The position numbers were made by a program, and so were the translations under genes. Shown one piece after another: positions 17,582 to 25,365 of a stretch of 29,386 nt of DNA; position 1 is the stretch's first letter, and each line of letters opens with the position of its first letter. The notes beneath the pieces are model-generated. The model worked only from the letters and a program-made list of their open reading frames with translations. It was not told the DNA's origin and ran no database searches. Source of the stretch: a virus (lineage: Duplodnaviria > Caudoviricetes); the IMG/VR virus record IMGVR_UViG_3300030406_004061, positions 1 to 29,386 of that record; one strand, 5' to 3'.

Positions 17582-18213
17582 GCTCGCTTCTTTGTTGCTT
17601 TTGCAACGGGTTTTTTCTTATTATACAACATGTCTTTCGCTTTTTTCATATTTTCCAATTTTTGTTCTTCAATAACAATTTGTTTTTGTACGTGTGGAAT
17701 ATGTCCACGTTGGGCGTTTCTTTCAATTCGTCTTTCTTGACGTTCGATAAATACATCCAAAACATCCGGATCTGGTTGTGGTAAAACACCATCATCCAAT
17801 AATTGTTTTCGCCATTCATCAAACGCGACATGATCAAAATTCCATATGACACGATTTCCAATTACTTTTGGAGATGCCCAAATTTCTTTGTAAATAAAAC
17901 CACCAAATCGAGATGGAAATCTTTGTTGATATCCAAATTCAAGATCCAAGATTTCAAATCCGTTGTCCATCATTTGGACACGGGCCATTGTACTATCCGC
18001 GCCACGTCCGTTTTGTACCATTCTAACAGCATTACAGCCCGCCAAATCTTTCAGCTGGCGAAATGTTGGTAGCCAATAATGTTCACCATCGGCCATCAAA
18101 ACACATTCCCAACATGACATTGGATGATGCATCAACCAAAACGGATGATTTGGTTTTTCGGGTATTGCTGTTTGTTTGGTGGCTTGGTAGCCGGTCCATG
18201 GTTGATTTTGCAT
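17578..18213 (-). CDS. Hypothetical head-region protein (start re-assigned to MQNQPW)
   Basis: AAGGAGGAAAC directly before the ATG at 18213. Confidence 0.8.
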   Translation of the reverse strand: MQNQPWTGYQATKQTAIPEKPNHPFWLMHHPMSCWECVLMADGEHYWLPTFRQLKDLAGCNAVRMVQNGRGADSTMARVQMMDNGFEILDLEFGYQQRFPSRFGGFIYKEIWASPKVIGNRVIWNFDHVAFDEWRKQLLDDGVLPQPDPDVLDVFIERQERRIERNAQRGHIPHVQKQIVIEEQKLENMKKAKDMLYNKKKPVAKATKKRA

Positions 18214-18214
18214 G

Positions 18215-18308
18215 TTTCCTCCTTGGCAAAATATATTGTAAAAATCGGAAAGGTGCCCCAACCAAAAGATGGTTGGGGAAAAGGAGGAAATCCCCCAACC
18301 GATCCGAT
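18215..18308 (-). promoter_or_regulatory. Structured intergenic RNA element: alternative hairpins with an anti-SD
   Basis: mRNA reads GGUUGGGG / UUUCCUCCUU / CCCCAACCA / UGGUUGGGG; outer AUCGGA:UCCGAU stem then a U run. Confidence 0.65.
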
Positions 18309-18324
18309 AAAATAAAATCAGATA

Positions 18325-19254
18325 TTAAGCGTCTGTCTCGATAAGTACGCCACGCGCTTGTTCTACAATACCGGCTCCACAATATGCGGTTCCGATAATC
18401 TCAGTAAGACCTTTAGAAGCATCACGTTGATATTCAACAACAATTGGTGTTCCAGCCGGTCGAACCTCACCGCCAGCCCCAACCATCGGTGCCGGTGTTC
18501 CGATTGCGTACGCAATCGCACCACTTGAAAACATCGCGCCTTGTTTGTTTCCACCGGCTTCAGCAACATATGATGATTTGTGTATTTGAACACCTAGGAA
18601 ATCACCAACATATCCTTGGCCCAACATTTTCAACATGTCGTGAGATGCGGGATTGAAAGCGATAGCGTTAGCCGCTTCGTTTCGGATACTTGCCTGGAGA
18701 TCCGCAACCTGACGTGGATGAAGAACCGCAAAAATTTGATTTGGGTTATTTGCCAATTCTAATTGAAACACGGCGTCTAGGAAGTCATCAATGGACATAT
18801 CAACACCGGTTGATCCAACACTTGTTGAAAATGATCCAAATGTTGCCGCTGTCAATTCCATAAAACGGGCTTCAAACGCTCCAACCATTGATTCCGCTAA
18901 TCTAAAAGGTGAAATATCCGCACCAAGGCCGGACAAATTCGCCAAATCGGTCATGTCATATCGTAGCGCTTGACGTGCTACGGTTATTGTAGCCGTAGAA
19001 GCTTCTAATTGTGATGCCGATACATCGGCGCCGTCTGAAGCTGCGGCCATCGCTGCAAATCCATCTAAACCCGCAAAACGTAATGTAATAGCATCCGAAC
19101 CAATGGAAGCCACATCACCGGCAAATAATAAAGCGCCGGATTGTCTAATGGATGCATTATCGGCCAAAAGTGCGCGAACTTCGGCTTCTATCATTGCCGC
19201 CAGTCTGAGCCCGCCGCCTTCTAAGCCGGCATAATCTGTATTTATAAGAGCCAT
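18325..19254 (-). CDS. Major capsid protein
   Basis: 309 aa A/G-rich; AVLHPRQVADL, FLGVQIHKSS, EYQRDAS...YCGAG are typical of HK97-fold coats; SD GAGG. Confidence 0.88.
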   Translation of the reverse strand: MALINTDYAGLEGGGLRLAAMIEAEVRALLADNASIRQSGALLFAGDVASIGSDAITLRFAGLDGFAAMAAASDGADVSASQLEASTATITVARQALRYDMTDLANLSGLGADISPFRLAESMVGAFEARFMELTAATFGSFSTSVGSTGVDMSIDDFLDAVFQLELANNPNQIFAVLHPRQVADLQASIRNEAANAIAFNPASHDMLKMLGQGYVGDFLGVQIHKSSYVAEAGGNKQGAMFSSGAIAYAIGTPAPMVGAGGEVRPAGTPIVVEYQRDASKGLTEIIGTAYCGAGIVEQARGVLIETDA

Positions 19255-19344
19255 TTTTTTTTATACCTCAAAATGTAAAATGTGAAAAAGTGAAAAAAAT
19301 TATCGTGGTTTCCACTGTTAACCGGTGTGACCGTGTCCACATAT

Positions 19345-19392
19345 ATAATATATTATGATATATTATCACAATATGATATCATGATATCAAAA
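19345..19392. promoter_or_regulatory. Divergent late-type promoter region with palindromes
   Basis: Perfect palindrome TGATATCATGATATCA (19374-19389) gives TGaTATCAT on both strands; imperfect palindrome at 19351-19373. Confidence 0.6.
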
Positions 19393-19419
19393 AAATAACC
19401 CATTACAAAGGAAAAAAAA

Positions 19420-19719
19420 ATGGCTACAAATTTAACATCCGCAAATTCATTTCCATATATTTATGTTGTTTCGGTTGGTACTACTTGGAACGAAATTCAA
19501 CTTCCAACGGGCGCCAAACGTGTCACCATCGGCGCATCAGCTGCTTTGTATGTTGGACAAAATGGAGCTTCTGATTCCGGCGCGGTTGGTACACACAAAG
19601 CGTTTGTGACGTCCAATAATTATTTGGAATTGGAATTGAAAAATGATACACAAAGAGCCACATCAATTTTTGTAGCTGCTCAAACTGGAACGGCTAGTGT
19701 ATCAATAATTTTGGAATAG
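19420..19719 (+). CDS. Small beta-rich probable virion protein
   Basis: SD AAGGA; S/T/A/G-rich 99 aa; first gene of the fibre cassette. Confidence 0.75.
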   Translation: MATNLTSANSFPYIYVVSVGTTWNEIQLPTGAKRVTIGASAALYVGQNGASDSGAVGTHKAFVTSNNYLELELKNDTQRATSIFVAAQTGTASVSIILE

Positions 19720-19750
19720 ATATAACATTTCATAGCGTTAAGGAGGAAAC

Positions 19751-19996
19751 ATGGCGCGGTTATTGTATTCCGATGGAATATCGGAATTAAAACAACTTGA
19801 CATAACAAACCAAATTGATGGAAACACTTCAACTTTTACAACCATTGAATCCATTGAACAAACATCATTACGTGTATACTACAATGGAATACGACAAAGC
19901 CCAAATGACATATCATTTAATTCATCAACTAGTTTTTCTTTATCTTTCACGCCACAAATCGGTGATTTTCTATTTATTGATTATGTGGTTGGATAA
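19751..19996 (+). CDS. Small virion-associated beta domain protein
   Basis: SD AAGGAGG; LRVYYNGIRQ...F.P..GD...IDY pattern. Confidence 0.78.
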   Translation: MARLLYSDGISELKQLDITNQIDGNTSTFTTIESIEQTSLRVYYNGIRQSPNDISFNSSTSFSLSFTPQIGDFLFIDYVVG

Positions 19997-20030
19997 ACTT
20001 TTTTCTTACCCTCAAAAATAGGAGTCTCTT

Positions 20031-21848
20031 ATGGCTGTACAAATTACCGGATCGCAAATTAAAAACAGCGAAATCGGAACATCAAAATTACAAGACAACG
20101 CGGTTACATCCGTCAAAATTCTTGATTCAAATATAACATCATCAAAAATTGCTTCAAGTGCAATTACATCGGCGAAAATCGCCACCGGCGCATTGAATAA
20201 CGCGGCATTTTTCGCGAACAGTGTTATCACCGCCGCCAAAATCGATTTGACCGGAACATTCAATTTTGGATCCGGAACATTACAAGCGGCTAACCCTTCA
20301 AACGCTGCCGATGTTGCTACAAAAAATTATGTCGATTCTGCTGTTTCATCAGATATATATTGGAAGGAACCATGCCGTGTTGCTACCACTGCTAATATTG
20401 ACCTTTCAAGCGCACCGGCTGCCATTGATGGCGTGACACTTGCAAATAATGACCGCGTCCTGGTAAAGGATCAAACAACACAATCACAAAACGGTGTTTA
20501 TGTTTTTGCTTCTGCTTCCAGTGCTATGACAAGAGCCACCGATGCAGATAGCGCCGCGGAAATCAATGGCGCGGCGGTATTCATCAAAGAAGGTTCAACA
20601 AGTGCGGATCAAGGTTTCAATATGAACGCGGAGGTAGTCAATTTTGGCACCGATGCAATTACATGGGTACAATTTACCGGATTGGGACAAATAACAGCCG
20701 GTGATGGATTGACCAAAACCGCTAATCGTCTCGATGTTTCCGTTGGAAACGGTATCCAAATACAAAGTGATTCTGTAACATTCCGCGCCGGTGCTGCTTT
20801 GGATTTTGCCGGTGGTGATGTTGACGTTCAAGTTGATGATTCATCCATTGAAATTAATGGATCCGGAAATCTTCAAGTAAAATCAAACGGTATAACATCC
20901 GCTATGATCGGATCAAATCAAGTTACTGGAAGTGAAATAGCAGCGTTGGCCGTGGCTACGGCAAACCTAGCCGATTCATCCGTGACATCCGCCAAATTAG
21001 GCGCTTCAAGTGTTTCAGCGGTTAAGATTTCATCAAATGCGGTTACATCGGATAAAATACAATCAAACGCGGTTACAGAAGCGAAAATAGCCACATCGGT
21101 TGCCGGTGATGGTTTATCCGGTGGTAATGGTTCACCATTGGCCGTTTCAGTTGATGATTCAGGAATTGAAATTGCCAGTGATACATTGCAATTGAAAAAC
21201 CTTGGAGTTTCTACGGCAAAATTAGCAGACAATTGCGTTCAAACCGCAAAGATCCAAGATGCAAATGTGACCGGTCCAAAATTGGCCGCCACGGTTGCGG
21301 GTAATGGTTTGACACAAAATGGATCCGGAAATTTAGATATCAATGCCGGTGATGGATTACAATTCAGCGGTGATAATCTAACTGTTTCTTTGGGGGCTGG
21401 ATTAGAAATTCAAGCTGGCGCCATTGATGTAGAAGTTGATGATTCTACGATTGAAGTAAATCCAAGTAATGGTGAGGTGCAATTGAAAAACCTTGGAGTT
21501 TCTACGGCAAAATTAGCAGACAATTGTGTTCAAACCGCAAAAATTGGCGATGATCAAGTGACTTTTGCCAAGGTTGGATGGCGTATGTATCAAGAACTAT
21601 CTACAATATCCGGTGGATCTACAACCAATATTGATTTGGCTCGAGCTTTAGATCCAAACGCCGTCAATGGTGTATTGGTGTTTAAAAATGGTTTGGCTAT
21701 GTTGAATCAAACCGCTTTAAGCGGAACCGCTGCAAATAGTGACGAATTCAGTGTTTCACCCGATGGTGGAGCCGGATCCGTGGCACGTTTGAGTTTTGGC
21801 GCTGCTTTGGCTGATTCGGATTCCATTTTGATTTGGTATTTGACATAA
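20031..21848 (+). CDS. Repetitive fibre protein (head or tail fibre)
   Basis: (A/S)VTxxK(I/L) and AGDGL repeats; WKEPCRVATTANI...IDGVTL...DRVLVKDQT...NGVY fibre domain; SD AGGAG. Confidence 0.85.
   Translation: MAVQITGSQIKNSEIGTSKLQDNAVTSVKILDSNITSSKIASSAITSAKIATGALNNAAFFANSVITAAKIDLTGTFNFGSGTLQAANPSNAADVATKNYVDSAVSSDIYWKEPCRVATTANIDLSSAPAAIDGVTLANNDRVLVKDQTTQSQNGVYVFASASSAMTRATDADSAAEINGAAVFIKEGSTSADQGFNMNAEVVNFGTDAITWVQFTGLGQITAGDGLTKTANRLDVSVGNGIQIQSDSVTFRAGAALDFAGGDVDVQVDDSSIEINGSGNLQVKSNGITSAMIGSNQVTGSEIAALAVATANLADSSVTSAKLGASSVSAVKISSNAVTSDKIQSNAVTEAKIATSVAGDGLSGGNGSPLAVSVDDSGIEIASDTLQLKNLGVSTAKLADNCVQTAKIQDANVTGPKLAATVAGNGLTQNGSGNLDINAGDGLQFSGDNLTVSLGAGLEIQAGAIDVEVDDSTIEVNPSNGEVQLKNLGVSTAKLADNCVQTAKIGDDQVTFAKVGWRMYQELSTISGGSTTNIDLARALDPNAVNGVLVFKNGLAMLNQTALSGTAANSDEFSVSPDGGAGSVARLSFGAALADSDSILIWYLT
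21187..21541 (+). repeat. 64-bp direct repeat (21187-21250 and 21478-21541), one mismatch
   Basis: TGCAATTGAAAAACCTTGGAGTTTC...TG(C/T)GTTCAAACCGCAAA; copies 291 bp apart and in frame. Confidence 0.9.
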
Positions 21849-21877
21849 TCAAAAATTATTTCAAAAATAATGCATTG

Positions 21878-21907
21878 AAAGCACCGTGTTATATCGGTGC
21901 TTTTTTT
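21878..21907 (+). terminator. Intrinsic terminator after the fibre gene
   Basis: AAAGCACCG-8nt-CGGTGCTTT plus T run. Confidence 0.85.
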
Positions 21908-21912
21908 ATTGG

Positions 21913-21980
21913 TGTAAAATAAATCTTATTATATTGTAAAAAAATACTTGACATCAATATTAGAACAGTTTAAATATTAA
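21913..21980 (+). promoter_or_regulatory. Promoter region with a TGTAAA-N16-TGTAAA box and TTGACA
   Basis: TGTAAA at 21913 and 21935 with TATATT overlapping the second copy; TTGACA at 21948. Confidence 0.55.
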
Positions 21981-22010
21981 TTACTAACCAATCAACAAAA
22001 GGAAAAAACA

Positions 22011-22406
22011 ATGACTAAAAAAACCAAAACAACCAAAAATCCATATTTATCAGCGGAAAAAATGAAAACCGCATGGGTTACTAAAAGAATTCATACAAGA
22101 CATGCAGGTGCTTCTTTTAAGCCATGGAATTGGAATATAGAACTTGAATTAGGCGATACTATTTATTTATGGTTTGCTTGTGACCACAAACACTTAAAAA
22201 CAGTTATAACAGAATTTGTTTTTGAAATGAAATGGGATGGAAGCAAAGGGGAATTGTTTTTTATTGATCAAAATGGTCAAGCTAAAAATGCTAATCAAAT
22301 GCACAAATCTTGTACTGTAAGAAAATCAGATGGTACTTGGTTTCATGCTGATAATGGTAAGTGTGCAAAACAGTATGCCATTAATAATAGCCTTTTAAAT
22401 AAATAA
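22011..22406 (+). CDS. Hypothetical protein, moron-like
   Basis: Own promoter region, SD AAGGA and terminator; composition differs from the rest of the genome. Confidence 0.8.
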   Translation: MTKKTKTTKNPYLSAEKMKTAWVTKRIHTRHAGASFKPWNWNIELELGDTIYLWFACDHKHLKTVITEFVFEMKWDGSKGELFFIDQNGQAKNANQMHKSCTVRKSDGTWFHADNGKCAKQYAINNSLLNK

Positions 22407-22426
22407 CCAACCAAACTTCCAAAACC

Positions 22427-22458
22427 AAAAAACCATCCGGATTTGGATGGTTTTTTTT
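22427..22458. terminator. Bidirectional intrinsic terminator
   Basis: AAAAAACCATCC-GGATTT-GGATGGTTTTTTTT between convergent genes. Confidence 0.85.
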
Positions 22459-22681
22459 ATTCTTGAATGGGATTTGATCCCATTGTATCTTCGCCCAATT
22501 GGTTATCAACCTCTTTCCATTGTCGTAGTAATTCACCATAAACACGGTCCTTTGAATATCCCAAATTACGCGCGAAAACGATAGCTATGAATATACCCAT
22601 CATAAAAATATTGGAAGCCGGTTCACCTTGTTGATCAAGATCGTAAGCATACCACAATAATTTTTTAATATTGGCCTCCAT
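22457..22681 (-). CDS. Hypothetical protein
   Basis: 74 aa; starts 2 nt after the upstream stop. Confidence 0.7.
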   Translation of the reverse strand: MEANIKKLLWYAYDLDQQGEPASNIFMMGIFIAIVFARNLGYSKDRVYGELLRQWKEVDNQLGEDTMGSNPIQE

Positions 22682-22683
22682 AA

Positions 22684-22824
22684 CTACTTCCGTTTTTTCT
22701 TGGCTTTCTTTTTCTTTTTCGCCATTGATAGCGCCATTGCTACGGCTTGTCTTCGTGGCTTTCCTTCTTTTCGGATTTTGCTGATTTTTTTACCGATGGC
22801 GGATTTCTTATAATGTTTTGGCAT
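22684..22824 (-). CDS. Very basic 46-aa protein (KEGKP..QAVAxALS family; not in the ORF track)
   Basis: SD GAGGG; MPKHYKKSAIGKKISKIRKEGKPRRQAVAMALSMAKKKKKAKKKRK. Confidence 0.8.
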   Translation of the reverse strand: MPKHYKKSAIGKKISKIRKEGKPRRQAVAMALSMAKKKKKAKKKRK

Positions 22825-23036
22825 GGTATTCCCTCAATTGATTTAATTGCTTCCATTAGTATATCATCAAATTGCAAATTCCAATATATGGAAACGTCAT
22901 GACAAAGTTTCCATAATCGTTTTGGACGTGGATTGGATGGTGTATATTTCCAACGGCACAATGTCCCGTGGTGATATCCAAGATCATGAAAATGTTTCCA
23001 ACACCCTCGCATATATATATCAAAAAATTCTTTCAT
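22740..23036 (-). CDS. Degenerate XRE-like HTH protein
   Basis: LGYHHGTLCRWKY...P; paralogous to the upstream ORF; ATGA coupling. Confidence 0.6.
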   Translation of the reverse strand: MKEFFDIYMRGCWKHFHDLGYHHGTLCRWKYTPSNPRPKRLWKLCHDVSIYWNLQFDDILMEAIKSIEGIPCQNIIRNPPSVKKSAKSEKKESHEDKP

Positions 23037-23248
23037 CCATTCACAATTTCATCCATCGCTTCCAAAATAACATCACGAAATTCCAATTTGTATTTGGATG
23101 CAACGGCCCGACATACACAAATCAACAAATACATATCCGGATCATTGATCTTGTATTTCCATTTTCTGATGGTGTGACCAGCTACACCACTACGTTTTGA
23201 AATGATATGTATTTGACCTTTGAAATATTTATTATGAAACCTTTCCAT
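23033..23248 (-). CDS. XRE-like HTH protein (start re-assigned to MERFHNK)
   Basis: ISKRSGVAGHTIRKWKY...P; TGATG overlap with the scaffold stop. Confidence 0.65.
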   Translation of the reverse strand: MERFHNKYFKGQIHIISKRSGVAGHTIRKWKYKINDPDMYLLICVCRAVASKYKLEFRDVILEAMDEIVNG

Positions 23249-23889
23249 CAATATTTGGTGGTTGGTTTGGATCCCGATTGTCGAAACCACGCTTGACGGA
23301 TGGCATCACGATTTTGTTTGTAAAAATCCGGATCCGCCAAACCTCTTGAAAGTATATCCTTTTGTGTCTCGGTATTATTTGATTGTACGGTTTTAGCGTT
23401 GGTTTTTGGCGGTGTTTTTGGTTGTGGTGTCTCTTTGGTAGTCTCAACATTTTCAACCGGTGTATTTTCCATTTTTGGCGGTTCATTGGTTTGGAAATGT
23501 GAACGAAGGAAACTTGGCGCATTTTCCGGATTTTCCTTCAATCCCTTCATCCAATCACCAAATGATTCATCCGTGTTTGATCGTTGATATTGCCATTCTA
23601 ACGCGTCGCGTACATCCGGATCTTGTATACCCAATTCAGCGATGGCGGAATGTCGTTCATATTTTGTATTGGCGTTTGATAACTCATCTTTTAAGGTATA
23701 TATTTGTTCAGTTAGATTATCAACCGTTTTCAATTTTTCGCCAGCTTGGATCAATTGTTCGTTCATTTCCTCCACTTTGGATTCCGCTTCACGCGCTCGC
23801 TTTGCGTATTTGGATATTTTCTCTTGAATCAATCCATCAACATTTTCTTTCGCGATGTATTCAACACCGTCGATTATTTTGGTTTCCAT
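23248..23889 (-). CDS. Capsid scaffolding protein
   Basis: Coiled coil plus a P/T/K-rich tail; follows the portal; SD AAGGAGG. Confidence 0.75.
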   Translation of the reverse strand: METKIIDGVEYIAKENVDGLIQEKISKYAKRAREAESKVEEMNEQLIQAGEKLKTVDNLTEQIYTLKDELSNANTKYERHSAIAELGIQDPDVRDALEWQYQRSNTDESFGDWMKGLKENPENAPSFLRSHFQTNEPPKMENTPVENVETTKETPQPKTPPKTNAKTVQSNNTETQKDILSRGLADPDFYKQNRDAIRQAWFRQSGSKPTTKY

Positions 23890-23908
23890 GTTTTCCTCCT
23901 TTGGAAAG

Positions 23909-25354
23909 TTAAATTAAAAATAAAGCCTTTTGGCGTTGGATTTCACGTATTTTTTCCGCTGCTTCTTCTTCATTCAAATCAGGATATAACTCCATCATTG
24001 CATCAATAGGAGCAATCAAATTGGTGGCCAGTTTTTCTTTAATATCGGCGCGTTGTTCTCTTTTTTCCTCCACTGATAATCCAATTCTAGCATAACGTAT
24101 TTTATAGCCGAATTCAGGCAAATTGTAACCCAAAAACCGATTGGCCATCATTGCAGCTAATGACAATGTCATTTGATCGCCACGTTCAAATGATGGTTTG
24201 TATCTTGATTGCGCTTCACGCATTGATTCTTTTGACACGGCGATAGCATAACCGGAACGTGGATCGCCTGATAATCTTTCAATATCTCCAGGGTTGATTC
24301 CTGCCATTTGTGCCACTTTTCTTTCATATTGTATAACCGCTTCCAATACCGATGATGGATCACCGCCTGGTTGGAATTGACCAATCATCGGTTGTCCAAC
24401 ATTATCAGGGTCTTGCGTAAATACTAGAATAGAAGCGGGATCCGTCGAAATGGCGGCCCGTTTTGCGGCGGTGTCTGTATCTCTTACATTCAAACCGGCC
24501 AATTGTAAACCTGCAATGTACCGTTGAGGAAATCCCGTGTCTCGCGTCAAATGCAGCCAGTAGGTATAAAGGGCGGCGGCTGTCAGGGAACCATAGACAA
24601 CCTCAGCGTTTTCAAAACTATTAAATAATTTACCGGTGATTTCAGCATGATAAATCGAGTACGGAATAACCGGTGTACCATCATCAAATCGAAATGGGTA
24701 ATTATCACCATCCATTTCATTTTCCAAATATTCCGTGGTGAAATTTTCACCAAATCCACCATCGTTTTTTACTTCCATAATTTTCATTTTTGGATTTTTC
24801 ATATCACGCAAATCAAAAACATCCGCCGTCCAAATCACCTCTTTGGATTCCGGATGGTGTCTTAACCTCAATTCATATAGGAATCGAAGATGGTTTGGAT
24901 CACCGGATGATGATTCACAATAAATTAAATCCGGTGTAACTGGTCTGAATAACAATCCGTTGGAATCACTGATATCAACCCGCATGAACATTTCACGGCA
25001 TCCAATCGTAAACATTTGGAACGATTGCATCATGGCCCATAATCCGGATTTATAAATCAATCCATCATCACCCAAAAATCCTTCCATCTCATTACGTGAT
25101 GCATCAACACCAATCATTGGTGGTTCATTATACAATGCCGATAATGATTTGGATGTCGCTTTGAATACATTGGACGACATATCACTAACACCCCACGATG
25201 CGCGGCGCTCTCTTGATACGTGGCGCGCCAATTCGGATTCAAGATCGTCTTGCCATTGGCCACGCAACATGCGAACACGTAGAGCGTTATGTTCCCAACG
25301 TTCATTGGTTTCCATTGATGGAGCGGCGGGTTTTGGGTTAAAATCTAACATCAT
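23909..25354 (-). CDS. Portal protein (SPP1 gp6-like)
   Basis: 481 aa directly after TerL; SGYAI motif and C-terminal AMMELYPDL..EEA..KI..I. Confidence 0.85.
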   Translation of the reverse strand: MMLDFNPKPAAPSMETNERWEHNALRVRMLRGQWQDDLESELARHVSRERRASWGVSDMSSNVFKATSKSLSALYNEPPMIGVDASRNEMEGFLGDDGLIYKSGLWAMMQSFQMFTIGCREMFMRVDISDSNGLLFRPVTPDLIYCESSSGDPNHLRFLYELRLRHHPESKEVIWTADVFDLRDMKNPKMKIMEVKNDGGFGENFTTEYLENEMDGDNYPFRFDDGTPVIPYSIYHAEITGKLFNSFENAEVVYGSLTAAALYTYWLHLTRDTGFPQRYIAGLQLAGLNVRDTDTAAKRAAISTDPASILVFTQDPDNVGQPMIGQFQPGGDPSSVLEAVIQYERKVAQMAGINPGDIERLSGDPRSGYAIAVSKESMREAQSRYKPSFERGDQMTLSLAAMMANRFLGYNLPEFGYKIRYARIGLSVEEKREQRADIKEKLATNLIAPIDAMMELYPDLNEEEAAEKIREIQRQKALFLI

Positions 25355-25365
25355 AATAATTTCCT

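Noticed and set aside
21187-21541. 64-bp repeat as a diversity-generating retroelement TR/VR pair
   Set aside because: No reverse transcriptase in the genome; the single mismatch is a synonymous C/T and both copies are internal coding repeats
19255-22458. Plus-strand cassette as an invertible segment
   Set aside because: No flanking inverted repeats found by eye and no invertase gene
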